A stretch of DNA of 64,000 bases from the human T2T-CHM13v2.0 reference genome, Homo sapiens (GCF_009914755.1 NC_060930.1); one strand, 5' to 3'; shown: positions 18,132-37,399, counted from the stretch's first letter. Notes: generated by a model not told the origin, from the sequence alone. A program made the numbers and translations.

Positions 18132-19350
18132 TCGCTACAAAAAATAAAAAAATTAGCTGGGCATGGTGGTGTGTGCCTGTGGTCCCAGCTACACGGGAGG
18201 CTGAGCCAGGAGGATTGCTTGAACCTAGAGGTTGAGGCTACAGTGAGCTATAATTGCACCACTGCACTCCAGCCTGGGTGACAGAGTGAGACTTTGTCAA
18301 AAAAAAAAAAAAAAAAAAGGAAAGGAAAGAAAGAGGGCTGGGCGCGGTGGCTCATGCCTGTAATCCTAGCACTTTGGGAGGCCGAGGCGGGTGGATCACC
18401 TGAGGTCAGAAGTTCGAGACCAGCCTGGCCAGCATGGCGAAACCCCGTCTCTACTAAAAATACAAAAATTAGCCAGGCATGGTGGCGCACGGCTGTAATC
18501 GCAGCTACTCGGGAGAATTGCTTGAACCCAGGAGGTGGATGTTGCAGTGAGCCGAAATCACGCCACTGCATACCAGCCTGCGCGATGGAAGCAAGACTCC
18601 ATCTCAAAAAAAAGAAGAAAAGAAAATTTAAATTCAGCTCCTCAGTTGCACTACCACATTTCAAGTGCTCAGTAGTGGCTAGTGGCTATTGGACTGGGCA
18701 GAAAAAGCACATTTTCGTCACTGCAGAAGCTCTGTTGGACAGTGCTGCTCTGGAATGTCAGCTGCAGGTGGACAGGGATTTCTGTTTTTGTTGTTCCCAG
18801 CTGTATTCCCAGTGCCTGGAACAGTGCCTGGCACACAGTAGGTGCTCAGTATTTGCCTGTTGAATGACTATTGAAATTGTCAGAGATGATGGGTGGCTGT
18901 GATCAATAATGTTAATTACTGTCCTAAGCCCCAGTGCTGGGTGGAGGTCATTGATGTGTGTAGGGGGAGGGGCGGTGGGAATGCATGTAGGTGACCATCA
19001 GGCACAGGTGAAAGGGTGAGTATGAGTTTTGGGGCGAGAAGGCTCTGCAGCAGAATGAAGTGCAAGAGAGAGACAGGAAAGTCTAGACCACTCTGGTGTG
19101 TATGAGAAGCAGCCTATGTTGAGGGCACCAAGAGTAAACCTTTTAAAAACTGTTCAGTCCCCTCCAGGCATCCACCGTCTGCACAGACTTACCCCGGCCC
19201 CCACGTAGAGACCACCCTGCCTGGCAGGAGCCAGAGGTGATGGTGGGAGCAGAGTCTGGGGAGGAGCCCCGTAGGGAGAAAGCCCCAGGCGGGGCGGCGA
19301 GGGCGGAAGGCGGGCGGTGGAGCCTGGCGGTGCCGTGTCCCTCCCTGCAG

Positions 19351-19473
19351 GAGCTCAAGGAGTCTTGCATCCGGAACCAGGACTGCGAGACTGGCTGCTG
19401 CCAACGTGCTCCAGACAATTGCGAGTCGCACTGCGCGGAGAAGGGGTCCGAGGGCAGTCTGTGTCAAACGCAG
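19351..19473 (+). CDS. CLPSL1: Colipase-like protein 1, coding exon 2 (in a small CpG-rich block)
   Basis: ctgcag|GAG...CAG|gtggg, 123 nt: ELKESCIRNQDCETGCCQRAPDNCESHCAEKGSEGSLCQTQ. Confidence 0.95.
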
Positions 19474-20219
19474 GTGGGTATCGCCGCCCGGGGGGAGCCA
19501 GAGGGGATCCAGGGGAAGTGGGAGCCAGGGCGGGCCCAGATTCCTGGGGAGGAAAGAAGGGTAGGTGGGCGGAAATGCCCTGGAGCCTGGAATTCCCCCG
19601 TGGGACTGCACCTCCAAGCCTTCTGGGGGAGCCTGTGGACGGAACCAATATGGTAGCCCACCCTAGGGTTTTGGAATCCTGGATTGGGGCGGGAAGGCGA
19701 TGTTTCACTTTCTAATGTGGGTTCACATTCTCCAGGAGTCTTCTCAGCAAATTCCGAAAGTAGTACAGTAAATGGGCACAGCTAGGTCCAGCCTCTGCCC
19801 CAGAGCCCCGTCTTCATCCAGCTCAGGAGTTCTGCTGTGGCCCCGGGTGTTCCTGGTGGAGGATGGGCAGAGGCAGCCTCTGAGCTGGGTGTGTAGGGGA
19901 GGGAGTTGATTTGCCCATGGAAGGATTTAAAGACAAGACATAGAGGTCCTGCGATGGTGTGTCCATGGACTTAGGACAGGCAGATGGGTCAGTGACAGGC
20001 AGGGTTACAAGGTCTGGAGCTGGGAGGACACTGAACAATCCAGGAGCCAGCCTGGAGAAGGCAGCCAGAGGTGCCACTCTGAGCAGCTGGCAAGCTATCA
20101 TTTATCCCTGGATCCTGGCTGTGGGCAAGCACATGGGCCCTGGAGCTGGGCTGGGCTGGGCTTAGGGGCTCAGGGAAGAGCTGCCGCCAAGGTCGAGGTC
20201 AAAGTCCTGTCTTTCCCAG

Positions 20220-20363
20220 GTGTTCTTTGGCCAATATAGAGCGTGTCCCTGCCTGCGGAACCTGACTTGTATATATTCAAAGAATGAGAAATGGCTTAGC
20301 ATCGCCTATGGCCGTTGTCAGAAAATTGGAAGGCAGAAGTTGGCTAAGAAAATGTTCTTCTAG
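20220..20363 (+). CDS. CLPSL1: Colipase-like protein 1, coding exon 3
   Basis: ttcccag|GTG, VFFGQYRACPCLRNLTCIYSKNEKWLSIAYGRCQKIGRQKLAKKMFF*. Contains the CPC motif and an N-L-T sequon. Confidence 0.95.
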   Translation: MFFGQYRACPCLRNLTCIYSKNEKWLSIAYGRCQKIGRQKLAKKMFF

Positions 20364-20483
20364 TGCTCCCTCCTTCTTGCTGCCTCCTCCTCCTCCACCT
20401 GCTCTCCTCCCTACCCAGAGCTCTGTGTTCACCCTGTTCCCCAGAGCCTCCACCATGAGTGGAGGGAAGTGGGGAGTGATTGA

Positions 20484-20489
20484 AATAAA
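20484..20489 (+). terminator. CLPSL1 polyadenylation signal AATAAA
   Basis: Canonical hexamer about 120 nt after the stop, with T-rich sequence downstream. Confidence 0.75.
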
Positions 20490-21619
20490 GAGCTTTTTCA
20501 ATGTTTGCTGCCCACAGAGTTGGGGCCTGGGTGGGCTGGGCTGGGGTGGGCATGGTACAGGTTTCTGGGGGGTGGGGAGGTGATATGAGGGAGGAAGCAG
20601 GAAGGGACACTGTTGGACTTGGGGTCTTTCCCCAGTTGGGGCATGAATGAAAGTCCCCCAGAAGAGACCAAAGCTCCCTTCCCACCCCAACCCCTTTCTG
20701 CCTTCAGCCCACTCTGTAATCTACCCCCCGGAAGCCCAGTTTACACCTGATATTCCAGTTCCACGACCTTAAATTTCAGAAATGTGAAAGAAGGTACACA
20801 AAATATCCATGTGTATAAAGAATTGAGGATGTTTATTGAGCACTTACTAGATGTTAGGGGCCGCTCTAGCTGCCTTATGCACATGATCTCATTTAATCCT
20901 GCAACAAACCTGTGGGGTCTCTCCTGTTATCACCTCTGTTTTACAGGTAGGGAAACGGGTTGAGCAACTTGTTCAAGGTCACACAGTTGGAAAGTGCTGA
21001 ATCTGAATCTTCTGGGAGGCAAGAGAAAAGAGGGACAAGAAAAGAAGGAAGGAAGGAAGGAAGGAGAGCCTAGGAAAGAGTGAGAAAGAAAGACTGGAGC
21101 AGCGACTGTGGTGTGGGGTTGGAGAGAGAATGAGTCAAGTGGAGTTTTAGGAAGTCTCAGTGTGTGGTGAGGCTTTTGGAGTTAGATGCTAGCTCGCTTG
21201 TCTGTGAGTAGTGCCTGTTATATTCAGGTTACATTTTGGAGTTAATTATTTCAGATTTTGGACCTAAATTTCCACATTCAGCCACCAGAACTGAGCCAAA
21301 CATGCCCTCCAGGATGTTGGGCTTAGGATGCAAGGGCTGGGGAGTTTGGAGGTAAACTATGGTTGTACTTAGAACGCCCCCTTGTAAGTCATAGCAAAAC
21401 GATGTGAACCATACCTTGGTAGAATATGCTGTCCTGTACTAAATGTATCAGACAGATAACCAGACTTCCATTGTGTTATGTGAGCTCTCCCCATTCAGAG
21501 AAAACCTATGAAATGACCGTGGAAGGAGAGGTGGCAGGCTGGAAACCCAATGATACCCAATGTCTAAGAAGTTCCCAAGGATACCCAATGTCAAGAAGTT
21601 AGAAGGGGAAGGGGAGAAT

Positions 21620-21962
21620 ACAGAGCCCAGAAATAAACCCAAGCCTGTACAGCCAATTAAGTTTCAACAAGGGCACCAAGAAGACACCTTGGGGAAAGGA
21701 TAGTCTTTTCAATAAATGGTGTTGGGAAAACTGAATATTCACATGCCAAAGAATGGAATTGGACCCTTATAGCACACACAAAAATAAACTCAAAATGGAT
21801 TAAAGACCTAAATATAAGACCCAAAACTGTAAAACTCCTAGAAGAAAATATAGGGGAACTATTACACGACATTGGTCTTGACAATGATTTTTTGGATAAG
21901 ACACCAACAGCACAGGCAACAATAGCAAAAATAAACAAATGGGACTACATGCTGAAAAGCTC
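21620..21962 (+). mobile_element. Old L1M ORF2 fragment
   Basis: Diverged L1 sequence: ggaaaggatagtcttttcaataaatggtgttgggaaaactg...aactcaaaatggattaaagacctaaat. Confidence 0.8.
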
Positions 21963-22140
21963 TGGACCGAGCACGGTGGCTCATGCCTGTAATCCCAGCA
22001 CTGTGGGAGGCCGAGTTGGGTGGATCATCTGAGGTCAGGAGTTCGAGACCAGCCTGGCCATCATGGTGAAACCCCATCTGTACTAAAAATACAAAAATTA
22101 GCTGGGTGTGGTGGTGCATGCCTGCAGTCCCAGCTACTCA

Positions 22141-22257
<117 letters not shown>

Positions 22258-22758
22258 TTAATTTGAGGAAATTTTATGGTTTGGTTTTGTTTTGTTGGAG
22301 ACAGGGTCTCACTCTGTCACCCAGGCTAGAGTGCAGTGGCTCCATCTCAGCTCACTGCAGCCTCATCCTTCTGGGCTCAAGTGATTTTCCCATCTCAGCC
22401 TCCTGAGTAACTGGGACCACAGGTGTGCGCTACCACACCTAACTAATTTTTAAGATTTTTGTAGAGATGGGGAGGGGGAGATCTCACCATGTTGCCCAGG
22501 CTGGTCTCAAACTCCTGGCCTCAAGCAATCCTGCCTCAGCCTCTCAAAATGCTGGGATTACAGGCATGAGCCACTGTGCCCGGCTGAAATTTCACTTTTT
22601 TCCAATATTGGATATTTTCATCCAGGAATATAAAATGCTTTAAAACAAAGTTGTTAATTTTTTTAATAAACGTTTTTAGCCTAATAAGGAAAAAAAAGAA
22701 ACAAAAAAGAAAGGGAGTTGGGGAAGATACGTTGCTGACATGACTAAACTGGTTCCAA

Positions 22759-23501
22759 GTGTTGGGGGAGGAAAACTTTTCCTCTATCCTCTTAGGTTCA
22801 GTACTTGAAGGCCTGAGAATTAAACCGATAAAAGAGAAATGACCGATTTTTATTCAGAATGTAGGGAAGTTCATGGAAGAGTGTGACTCTAGAAGGAAGT
22901 TAGAATTTGCGGGTTATGTACCATCTCAATAGAAGAAGGGGAGGAGGAGAAAGGACACTTATAGAAAAGTAATTTTTAGGAAAGATGAATGGGCCCTTAG
23001 GAGAAAAGATGGGAGCTATTATAGTTTCGTGACCTGACTGTTTAGGTGTGGTGCCAACTATTCTCCCCTCCAGCAATAAGTCAATTTTCCCTGGTTTTGA
23101 GAAACTCCTGGGAGGGGGATTTATGACAATGGAGCTCTTTTGCAGGGCTCTGCATTTAGGCAGACAAAGGAGTTCAGAAAAGAGCCTATTCTCATCCAGC
23201 CTGGGCAGCATTGCGAAACCCTGTGTCTGAAAACAAACAACAACAGCAACATAGCCGGTGGTGGCACGCACGTGTAGTCCTAGCTACTTAGGAGGCTGAG
23301 GCAGGAGGATCACTTGAGCACCAGGAGGTTGAGGCTGCAGTGAGCCATGGTCGCACCACTGCATTCCAGCCTGGGTGACAGAGCAAGACTCTGTCTCAAA
23401 AAAAAAAAAAAGAAAGAAAGAAAAGAAAAAGGCCCATTTTCAAATGCCTTCTGCTCAGAATAATTTTTATGCTTCAGTGGCATTCTCTAGACCCCTTCAC
23501 A
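22759..23501 (-). mobile_element. Probable ERV1 LTR (MER34/MER39-like) containing an Alu fragment
   Basis: TG...CA ends and general resemblance to this LTR group. Family uncertain. Confidence 0.4.
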
Positions 23502-23593
23502 AGCCATGGGGATTCCGCTGCCCTATGGGAAAAGTGGTCATTGGTAGAGGCTGCCGTTGTCAGAATCCAGAGAGATTTGTAGGGAATAAAGTA

Positions 23594-24871
<1,278 letters not shown>

Positions 24872-25263
24872 GTTCCTTGAGCTGTGGTTAGACTGTGCCT
24901 CTGCTGTGTAGGCGTGTGATGCTGAAAAGCAGCAGAAATTGAGAGTCTACAGGAGCACTGGCCGTTGGAAATAAAATGGAAGCTACATAATGGTTGGGGT
25001 CTTGGTCACTTGCTTCTGCAGAGCCCAAAGCCCAACTCCCTACTCACTTTTGAAGACCAGGGACATTTTCCTTATGCCCCCCACAGTCCAAAACACGGTG
25101 CCAGGCACACTGTGGTCATTCAGTGAACACATGAAGGGGACATGAATGCAGATCTCCAGGACCGAATGTGGCACCAAGAAGCGTGACTCAGCCCTGCTCA
25201 GGGCCTGAGACCCCTCCTGGGTTAAGGTATTGAAAGCTCCTCTTGTTGAGCACATAATTCATA

Positions 25264-26078
<815 letters not shown>

Positions 26079-27011
26079 AGCCTGTGGTTACAGGAGGATT
26101 CATTGATCACAGAACTGCAAGATCCTGGGGCTGGGACGACATCGAAGTTTCATTCAGTTCACTGTCCCTCACTCTCTGTGGGAATCTCCTCTCTAGCATC
26201 TCCACCGAGGGGTCAGTGAGCTTCCACCTGCGTACCTGGATGATGGGCACCTCAGTACTGCCTAAGGTAACTCATGTTTGATGGCTCCAGGGGATATACA
26301 ATTTTTATATTAAGGCAAAATTAAATTCCTTGCAGTTTCCACCCATTTTTCTTAATGCGAATAATTGGGAAAGAAAAAGGAATCATAAGGCCGGGCACGG
26401 TGGCTCATACCTGTAATCCCAGCACTTTGGGAGGCTGAGGTGGTGGATCACCTGGGGTCAGGAGTTTGAGACCAGCCTGGCCAACACGATGAAACCCCGT
26501 CTCTACTAAAAACACAAAAATTAGCCGGGCGTGGTGGTAGGCGCCTGTAATCCCAGCTACTAGGGGAGGCTGGGGCAGGAGAATCGCTTGAACCTGGGAG
26601 GTGGAGGTTGCAGTGAGCCAAGAGATCACTCCGCTGCACTCCAGTCTGGGCAACAGAGAGAGACTCTGTTTCAGAAAAAAAAAAAAAAAGGAATCATAGA
26701 AGCAGGGCAGTGGAGTTAGATGGTAGAGTGCCAACATTTTCTGATTATGTGACATTGGGCAAGCTCCTCTCTGAAACTTGGTCTCTATCTATAAAGTGGA
26801 GATGAGAAATTCTCCCTCCTGGGATCCTTGTGAGCATTTGCTGGCAGAGAGTAAGCTCATAGCAATTGAGAGTGGTCTGACCCCTTAACACATGAGTTGT
26901 GTCAGCTAGCTGTCATATTTGAGAATTGTGTCCAGAAAAGAGGTGAGAGCCCAGGATTCTGATGCCTCTGATGCAGGGTGACGAACATGGGCCATTAAAA
27001 CTCCTTACCCA

Positions 27012-27014
<3 letters not shown>

Positions 27015-27057
<43 letters not shown>

Positions 27058-27072
27058 CGCATGCACATGTGC
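27015..27072. repeat. (GT)17 plus continued purine-pyrimidine alternation
   Basis: gtgt...gtatgtgcgcgcgcatgcacatgtgc, 58 bp of unbroken alternation. Confidence 0.9.
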
Positions 27073-27353
27073 CCGCTTGTCTCTTTGAGAACCGGAGGGA
27101 CAAGGAGGGCATCCCAGGTAGGTGTGACTTCTCCCCAGAAATGGAGGGTTTCCTAGGCTGGCTGGGTCTCCTTCACAGCTTTGTCTTCAGTCTCCAATCT
27201 GTTTGGCCACAACTTCTTCAGCCCCAGACCCATCCCTTGTTCTTCTGACCTGCCTGAAGCCTGCCCTGGTGGACCAAAGGCCTGATGCAACTTCAGAGAA
27301 GATGCTGAGTCAGAAAGAATATGCAGGAGACTGGGAAAGGTTTGCAGGAGGCC

Positions 27354-27359
27354 TTTAAT
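27354..27359 (-). terminator. CLPS polyadenylation signal ATTAAA
   Basis: tttaat on the + strand, about 140 nt past the CLPS stop. Confidence 0.7.
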
Positions 27360-27499
27360 TGTGAAGAGCGCAATCAGAAAACAGATATGCTGGTCAAGGA
27401 GGTGGCCAGCCCGGGAGATGCGCTGGAGCAGGGGAGAGATGCCCCTGCGCCTAGTGGCCTACAGCATTCTGGGCTAGGTGTGGGAGTGGGTGGGCAGTC

Positions 27500-27631
27500 T
27501 CACTGCTTGGAGCGTCCAGCGTCATGGCAGATGCCAAAGTTGGTGTTGGTGATGGAGCCCACGATGGTCTTGTCTCCCTCACAGGTCAGGCCACGCTCAC
27601 AGGGACACTTGTAGTAAATCCCATAGAGCGT
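27500..27631 (-). CDS. CLPS: Pancreatic procolipase, coding exon 3
   Basis: ctgcag|ACG, TLYGIYYKCPCERGLTCEGDKTIVGSITNTNFGICHDAGRSKQ*. Confidence 0.98.
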   Translation of the reverse strand, partial: TLYGIYYKCPCERGLTCEGDKTIVGSITNTNFGICHDAGRSKQ

Positions 27632-28084
27632 CTGCAGAGACACAGCCAATGGAGTCAAGGCTATGGGGAGATACTTTGGACATCACTTGTCCCCTGCCTG
27701 ACCTAGAGAACCAGTAGGCCAGCCTGTGTTTTCGGGGAGTGCCTCTCCCACCTGCCTCCCCAGGGGTGCCGTGGGCCCTGGAGACCCCAGCTCTGACCTC
27801 TGCTCTGGCTCATTTGCTCTTACTAGCTTGATCTCTCTGGGGAGCCTCTATTTACCCAGCCATGAAATGGGGATAACAAATCCCCACCCCCACCCATCTC
27901 ACTGGTCACTCGGGAGGGTCAAGAGAGATGATGGGATGGGAAAGTGCTTTGACACCTGTCGACCTCCCTCTCGTCTCCTCAACATTCAGTGTCCAGGCTG
28001 ACCCCCCTCCCTGATCCCACTCACAAGTGTTCAGGGCCCTACTCCCCATTCTCCCCCACCCACGCCAAGTCCTCAGGCACCCAC

Positions 28085-28207
28085 CTTGACAGAGCACTCG
28101 CTGTTCTCGCTGGCCATGGATGTGCAGCGGGCCAGGCCCAGCGCACTTGAATGCTGGCAGCAATTGCTCTTACACTGGGCACTATTCATGCAGAGCTCAC
28201 CGTTCTC
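28085..28207 (-). CDS. CLPS: Pancreatic procolipase, coding exon 2
   Basis: cag|GAG...AAG|gtggg, 123 nt: ENGELCMNSAQCKSNCCQHSSALGLARCTSMASENSECSVK. Confidence 0.98.
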
Positions 28208-29070
28208 CTGCCAGGAGCAGCCAGTCAGCCCAGGCCCCACTCCCTCAGGTCCCTTCTCCATTCAGACCTGTACCCACCACACACTACCACTAACAGTGTC
28301 TCCCCTGGTAGGGATGTGTGTGAAGGAGTCCATCCCCTGGGTCTGGTGGCCTCTGTGCCCCCCACCCACGTGAGAAGTGGGCATGCGGTGACAGAGAAGC
28401 AGACTTGCACAGAGGGTCAGGACCCCTGGGTTCTAGTACCGGCTGTGCTACCAACCTCCTGTGTGACTCTGGGCAAGTCACTGCCTCCCAAGCCTCAGTG
28501 TTCCCATTTGGAATGTGCACACAAGGCCCCTAGACAAGTTCTCCAAACCACTCTGGGTCCCACACCTCTTTAAGGAGGCGGTGAAGATTGCATCTCCCTG
28601 CAAGACTCCTTCCTCCCCCAACAGATCTGATCTATAATCTCCAAGGGTCCTGGACCTCCAAGTCCAGCCATGGCCCCAAGTTAAGAGAGTTCAGAACCTT
28701 TCAACCGCATGGACGTTCTGGAAGGGCTTTCCCAGCCAAGACCCATGGTGGAGAGGTGGTGTGGGGCAGTGGTGGGGCCCCAGCTGAACCACTTTCCAGC
28801 TATGTGACCTCAGGCAGGTTGCTCACCCTCTCTCTGTCTGAAGACAGGGCTGACTCTGAAAACACCTCCCTCAGTGGTTATTATGAGAACAGAATGAGTA
28901 AACATCTCCGAGGCATCTCCATAAGTCAGAAGCTGGAATGATTGGCGCAAAGCATTTTCTCAGGATGGAAGCCCAGGGCTCTGGATTTTTACAAAGCTCC
29001 CTCGTAGGGCCAGGTGAGGTGGCTCATGCCTGTAATCCCAGCACTTTGGGAGGCCGAGGTGGGCGGATCA

Positions 29071-29490
<420 letters not shown>

Positions 29491-29558
29491 TCAAGGTCCA
29501 AGCTTAGGAAGTCTTCATCTGGGGACTCAGGAGGCGCCTCCCCTGAAGACCCTCTTAC

Positions 29559-29642
29559 CAGGTTGATAATGATCCCCCGGGGGCCAGGAGCTGCATAGGC
29601 CACAGAGAGGGCGACAAGCAGGAGGATCAGGATCTTCTCCAT
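29559..29642 (-). CDS. CLPS: Pancreatic procolipase, coding exon 1 (signal peptide plus enterostatin APGPR)
   Basis: accATGG, MEKILILLLVALSVAYAAPGPRGIIINL, donor CTG|gtaaga. Spliced product 112 aa with 10 Cys. Confidence 0.98.
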
Positions 29643-29689
29643 GGTGAGTGGGACAGCTGGTGTGGGTGGCGGGAGACAGAGCCAGCTGT

Positions 29690-29810
29690 GGTGATGGGGC
29701 TATAAAAGGGGCCCTGACCTCACGAGATCCACCTGCATCCCACAGGGCTGGCCGTGGGCAGAGGCACAGCTGTGGCCAATCTGCTGTGGGGCGGTTCCTG
29801 ATAAGGAAAC
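29690..29810 (-). promoter_or_regulatory. CLPS proximal promoter
   Basis: TATA element 29701-29708, E-boxes CACCTG 29730-29735 and CAGCTG 29767-29772, CCAAT 29776-29780, GC box 29788-29794, GATA site TGATAA 29799-29804. Confidence 0.7.
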
Positions 29811-29834
29811 TGGGTGAGTACCTGGTGGCCTTTT

Positions 29835-29836
<2 letters not shown>

Positions 29837-29874
<38 letters not shown>
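29837..29874. repeat. (GT)19 microsatellite
   Basis: Read directly from the sequence. Confidence 0.95.
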
Positions 29875-29875
<1 letters not shown>

Positions 29876-31888
29876 GGTGATAATTGTGTTGCATCGTGGT
29901 TAAGAGTATGGACTGTGTACAAGTTATTAGTGAGGCAAACTTACTATCTGTTCCAACTATTCTGCCTTTCATCTTATCTGTCAACTAAGGATAATTTAAA
30001 GAGTTGTGAGGGTTGAATTAATACACATTTATGTGTTACATATATATAAACATTATTATATACAATTATAAGAATATATTTATATTGTATATTCCCATAT
30101 GCCACATAAGCAGTGGGTAAGGGTGGCTGCCCTTGTGTCTTGAGCTCCTGGGCAGTGCCTGGACGAATCCAAGGCAAGAGAGGCACCTATGGTGTGAGTG
30201 CCTGCTTACATTCTGTGTACTTGGGGCCTCTCTGCCTCACTATAGTCAGGCCTTGCCTTTGGCCCACCCAAGCCCAGGTGTCTAGCAGTGTCAGACTCCA
30301 GGGACGAGGATCCTAGCCTCCCACCCCTCAACCTTCCTTCAGTCTCCTCGGGGGATTCCAGGCCATGCCCAGATCCCTGGGGCTGACAGTTCTGCAACCC
30401 CCAGCAGGCCAGGGTGTGTGTGCTTTCACTTTGGCACCCTCCCCCTGCCCTCACACCAGGGGCTGCCTGCAGGCCTGACTCAAGGGCCCTTAGGAGGCCC
30501 TTCCTAAATGCCTCTCTCCCCTTTCCTTTCTACCTCACTTACTATCTGCAATTCCAGCATCAGATACTCACCCCTTTAGTTAAGGTTTCCACTCACGCTG
30601 CCCCCTACCCAAGGCCACGTGCGCGCGTGAGCAGTCGCTAGTCCTGGCTGAGAATGAAGAGGTCTCATGAGCCTCAGATGGAGCAGGGGCCTCAGGAAGC
30701 TGGGAAGGGCACAGCTGCCTGAGTTTGCTCAGGCATGGGAACAGAGCAGCTTTTCCTGAAGGACTAGTCATGGCAGCCAGAGGCCCCTGCCCTTCCCCTC
30801 TCCATCCCAGGAGGTAGAAGACAGCTCCACTGAGAGGCCCAGGCCTCAAGCACAGCTTTTAATTTAATTTAATTTAATTTTTTGAGACAAGGTCTCACTC
30901 TGTCACCTAGGCCGAAGTGCAGTTGTGCCATCTTGGCTCACTGCAGCCTCCACCTCCTGAGATCAAGCAATCTTCCCCCTAAGCCTCCCAGGTCTAAAAC
31001 TCGTGGGCTCAAGCAATCTTCCCACCTCGGCCTCCTAAAGTGTTGGGATTACAGGTGTGAGCCACTGTGCCCAGCCTCAAGCACAGCTTTGATCCAGACC
31101 AAGCTGGCTTCAAAATTCAGCATTTACTGGAGCTACGTGGCCTCAGACACATTATTGAAAGTGAAGCTCCCTGAACCTCACTTTCCTTATTTATCTTAGG
31201 GGGATAACGCCTCCTACTTCCTGAGGTCATGATTAAGACAATGCACGTGGAACACCTTCGGAAGTGCCTGGCACATGGGGTGCCCAGCCATGTAATATGA
31301 CCCCCTTCCTCTCACCTTTACATCCCTGGGGTGTGGAATGTAGAGAAATAGCTGGAGGAACAACCAGGAGACTCTCAAAATGAGAAAAACCAATTTGGTT
31401 CCAGCGATGCAGAAATACCATTGATGAAAGAACACTATCCCCCCTCTCTTTTATAGAACTCAATGTTTGAAAGCACTTTTTCCTATGAGTTCACTCTGAT
31501 CCTTCCTTCTCTTTTCTCTACCTGCTCCCCACCCCCAGGACCTCTGTGAGGTGAGCCACAGAGAAGGGAATCACTATTCCCTTCTCACAAGTCAAGATGG
31601 AGACTGGCAAAGGAATCAGAGGAGTGATTTCTCTCCATGAAGGGAGCTGTGAAAACCATCAGCCCTGTCCCTAGTTGGTCTCAGCCAAGCTTGCAAAGAA
31701 AAAAGGCTGGAGTTTTTTCCATTACAAATGAAGTGTAGCAAAGAGAACTTTGACACTGTATGTGCTTCTAAAAGGAAAGCAAAAATTAAGTACCTGTCAA
31801 TGAAAAGAGTCAAACTCTGTACAATATTTGAATAGATTTATTCTGAGCCAAATATGAGCAACCATGGCCTGTGACACAGCCCTCAGGA

Positions 31889-34250
<2,362 letters not shown>

Positions 34251-34262
34251 ATGTTGGGATTA

Positions 34263-34752
<490 letters not shown>

Positions 34753-35511
34753 TAAAAATACAAAAATTAGCTGAGTGTGGTGGCTCACGGCTGTAGTCCC
34801 AGCTACTTGGGAGGCTGAGGCAGGAGAATCACTTGAATCCGGGAGGTGGGTGGAGGTTGCAGTGAGCCGAGATTGCGCCACTGCACTCCAGCTTGGGCAA
34901 CAGAGTGAGACTTCGTCTCAAAAAAAATAAATAAAGTGAAAAAGTGAAGGGCCAGGCTCAGTGGCTCAAGCCTGTAATCCCAGCACTTTGGGAGGCCGAG
35001 GCAGGTGGATCACTTTAGGTCAGGAGTTCGAGACCAGCCTGGCCAACATGGTGAAACCCCGCCTCTACTAAAAATACAAAAATTAGCTGGGTATGGTGGC
35101 TCATGCCTGTACTCTCAGCTACTTGGGAAGTTGAGACAGGAGAATCGCTTGAACCCGGGAGGTGGAGGTTGTAGTGAACTGAGATTGAGCCACTGTACTC
35201 CAGCCTGGGTGACAGAGCAAAACTCTGTCTAAAAAAAAAAAAAAAAAAAATGTGAAACTGACAAAACATACCAAAGGGAAAAAAAGTAATAGGAGAAAAT
35301 ATTAACATTATAATGCTAAGTGAAAAAAATGTACATACGGCCGGGCACGGTGGCTCATGCCTGTAATCCAGCACTTTGGGAGGCCGAGGCAGGTGGATCA
35401 CCTGAGGTTGGGAGTTCGAGACCAGCCTGACCAACATGGAGAAACCCTGTCTCTACTAAAAATACAAAGTTAGCTGGGTGTGGCGGCCATGCCTGTAATC
35501 CCAGCTACTCA

Positions 35512-35616
<105 letters not shown>

Positions 35617-35619
35617 TCA

Positions 35620-35796
<177 letters not shown>

Positions 35797-36268
35797 TCAA
35801 GAAAAGTAAAATAAAAATAAAATAAAATAAAATAAAATAAAATTGTACATACATCATCCAATTGTGTAAAGGAGTATGTTCAGAAGGGGGAAACTGCAGA
35901 GATTAACAATGGTAATAATAATAATCACCAACATTTTTGAGTACTTTCTCTTTTTTTGTTAAAGCCCAGACTGGAGTGCAGTGGTGTGATCATGGTTCAC
36001 TGCAGCCTCGACCTCCTGGGCTCCAGTGATTCTCCCACCTCAACCTCCCAAGTAGCTGCGACTACAGGCAAGCACCACCATGCCTGGCTATGCCTGGCTA
36101 AGTTGTGTATTTTTTGTAGAGACGGGAGTCTTGCTATGTTGCCCAGGCTAGTCTAGAATTCCTGAGCTCAAGTGATCGGACTGCCTGGCCTCCCAAAGTG
36201 CTGGGATTAGAGACCACTAATGTACCTTTGAGCACTTTAAAAAAAAAATTATTATTATTATTTTTTGA

Positions 36269-36415
<147 letters not shown>

Positions 36416-36496
36416 TAAGTGCATTTCCTGCATTTAATAGATGGCGAAACTGAGGCTCCGGAAGGAAGGTTAAGTCCATGGATGGTTACTTAGTAA

Positions 36497-36829
<333 letters not shown>

Positions 36830-37399
36830 TGATCCGCCTGCCTTGGCCTTCCAAAGTGCTGGGATTACAGGCGTAAGCCCCACGCCCAGTGGAATTTTCC
36901 TAGTTCTTTACACTAGCCATGTATTTACCTATAAAATCAGGAGAAATATGTATATATATAATATATTAAAACATATATATATTTAAATGGGGAAATATGT
37001 AACAAACAAATAGAAACAAGGGGAGAAAGGCATTGTATTTGACAAAACACATATGTTCAGGTCTGAGAAGGCTCATAAAGAATGTTGTCTGCTATACTTT
37101 GTAGTTGCTTCTGTTATCACACAATCAGTCTGCATATACAGGCGTTTTATATATATATTTATATAGACTACATATATACGTATATTATATATGTAAATAT
37201 TTCACTGTCTTTGAGGACGGGGGCCCTGTCTTTTTTATCTGTGGTTTTGCTTAGATGTCCTCCAACATAATCTTAACACATAGTATGCTTTTAGAAATCG
37301 TTGACTGAATGCTAAGGACGAAAAACCGGTGACCAGAAGGCAACCAGGAAAGGCTTTGCTGACCTCCGGAGTGGTGGAGTTGGAGGTTCTGGGAAGGCG

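Noticed and set aside
20346-20363. CLPSL1 C-terminal KKMFF as an ER retrieval or export motif
   Set aside because: The lysines are at -5/-4, and the tail of a secreted protein is lumenal, so it is inaccessible to COP coats.
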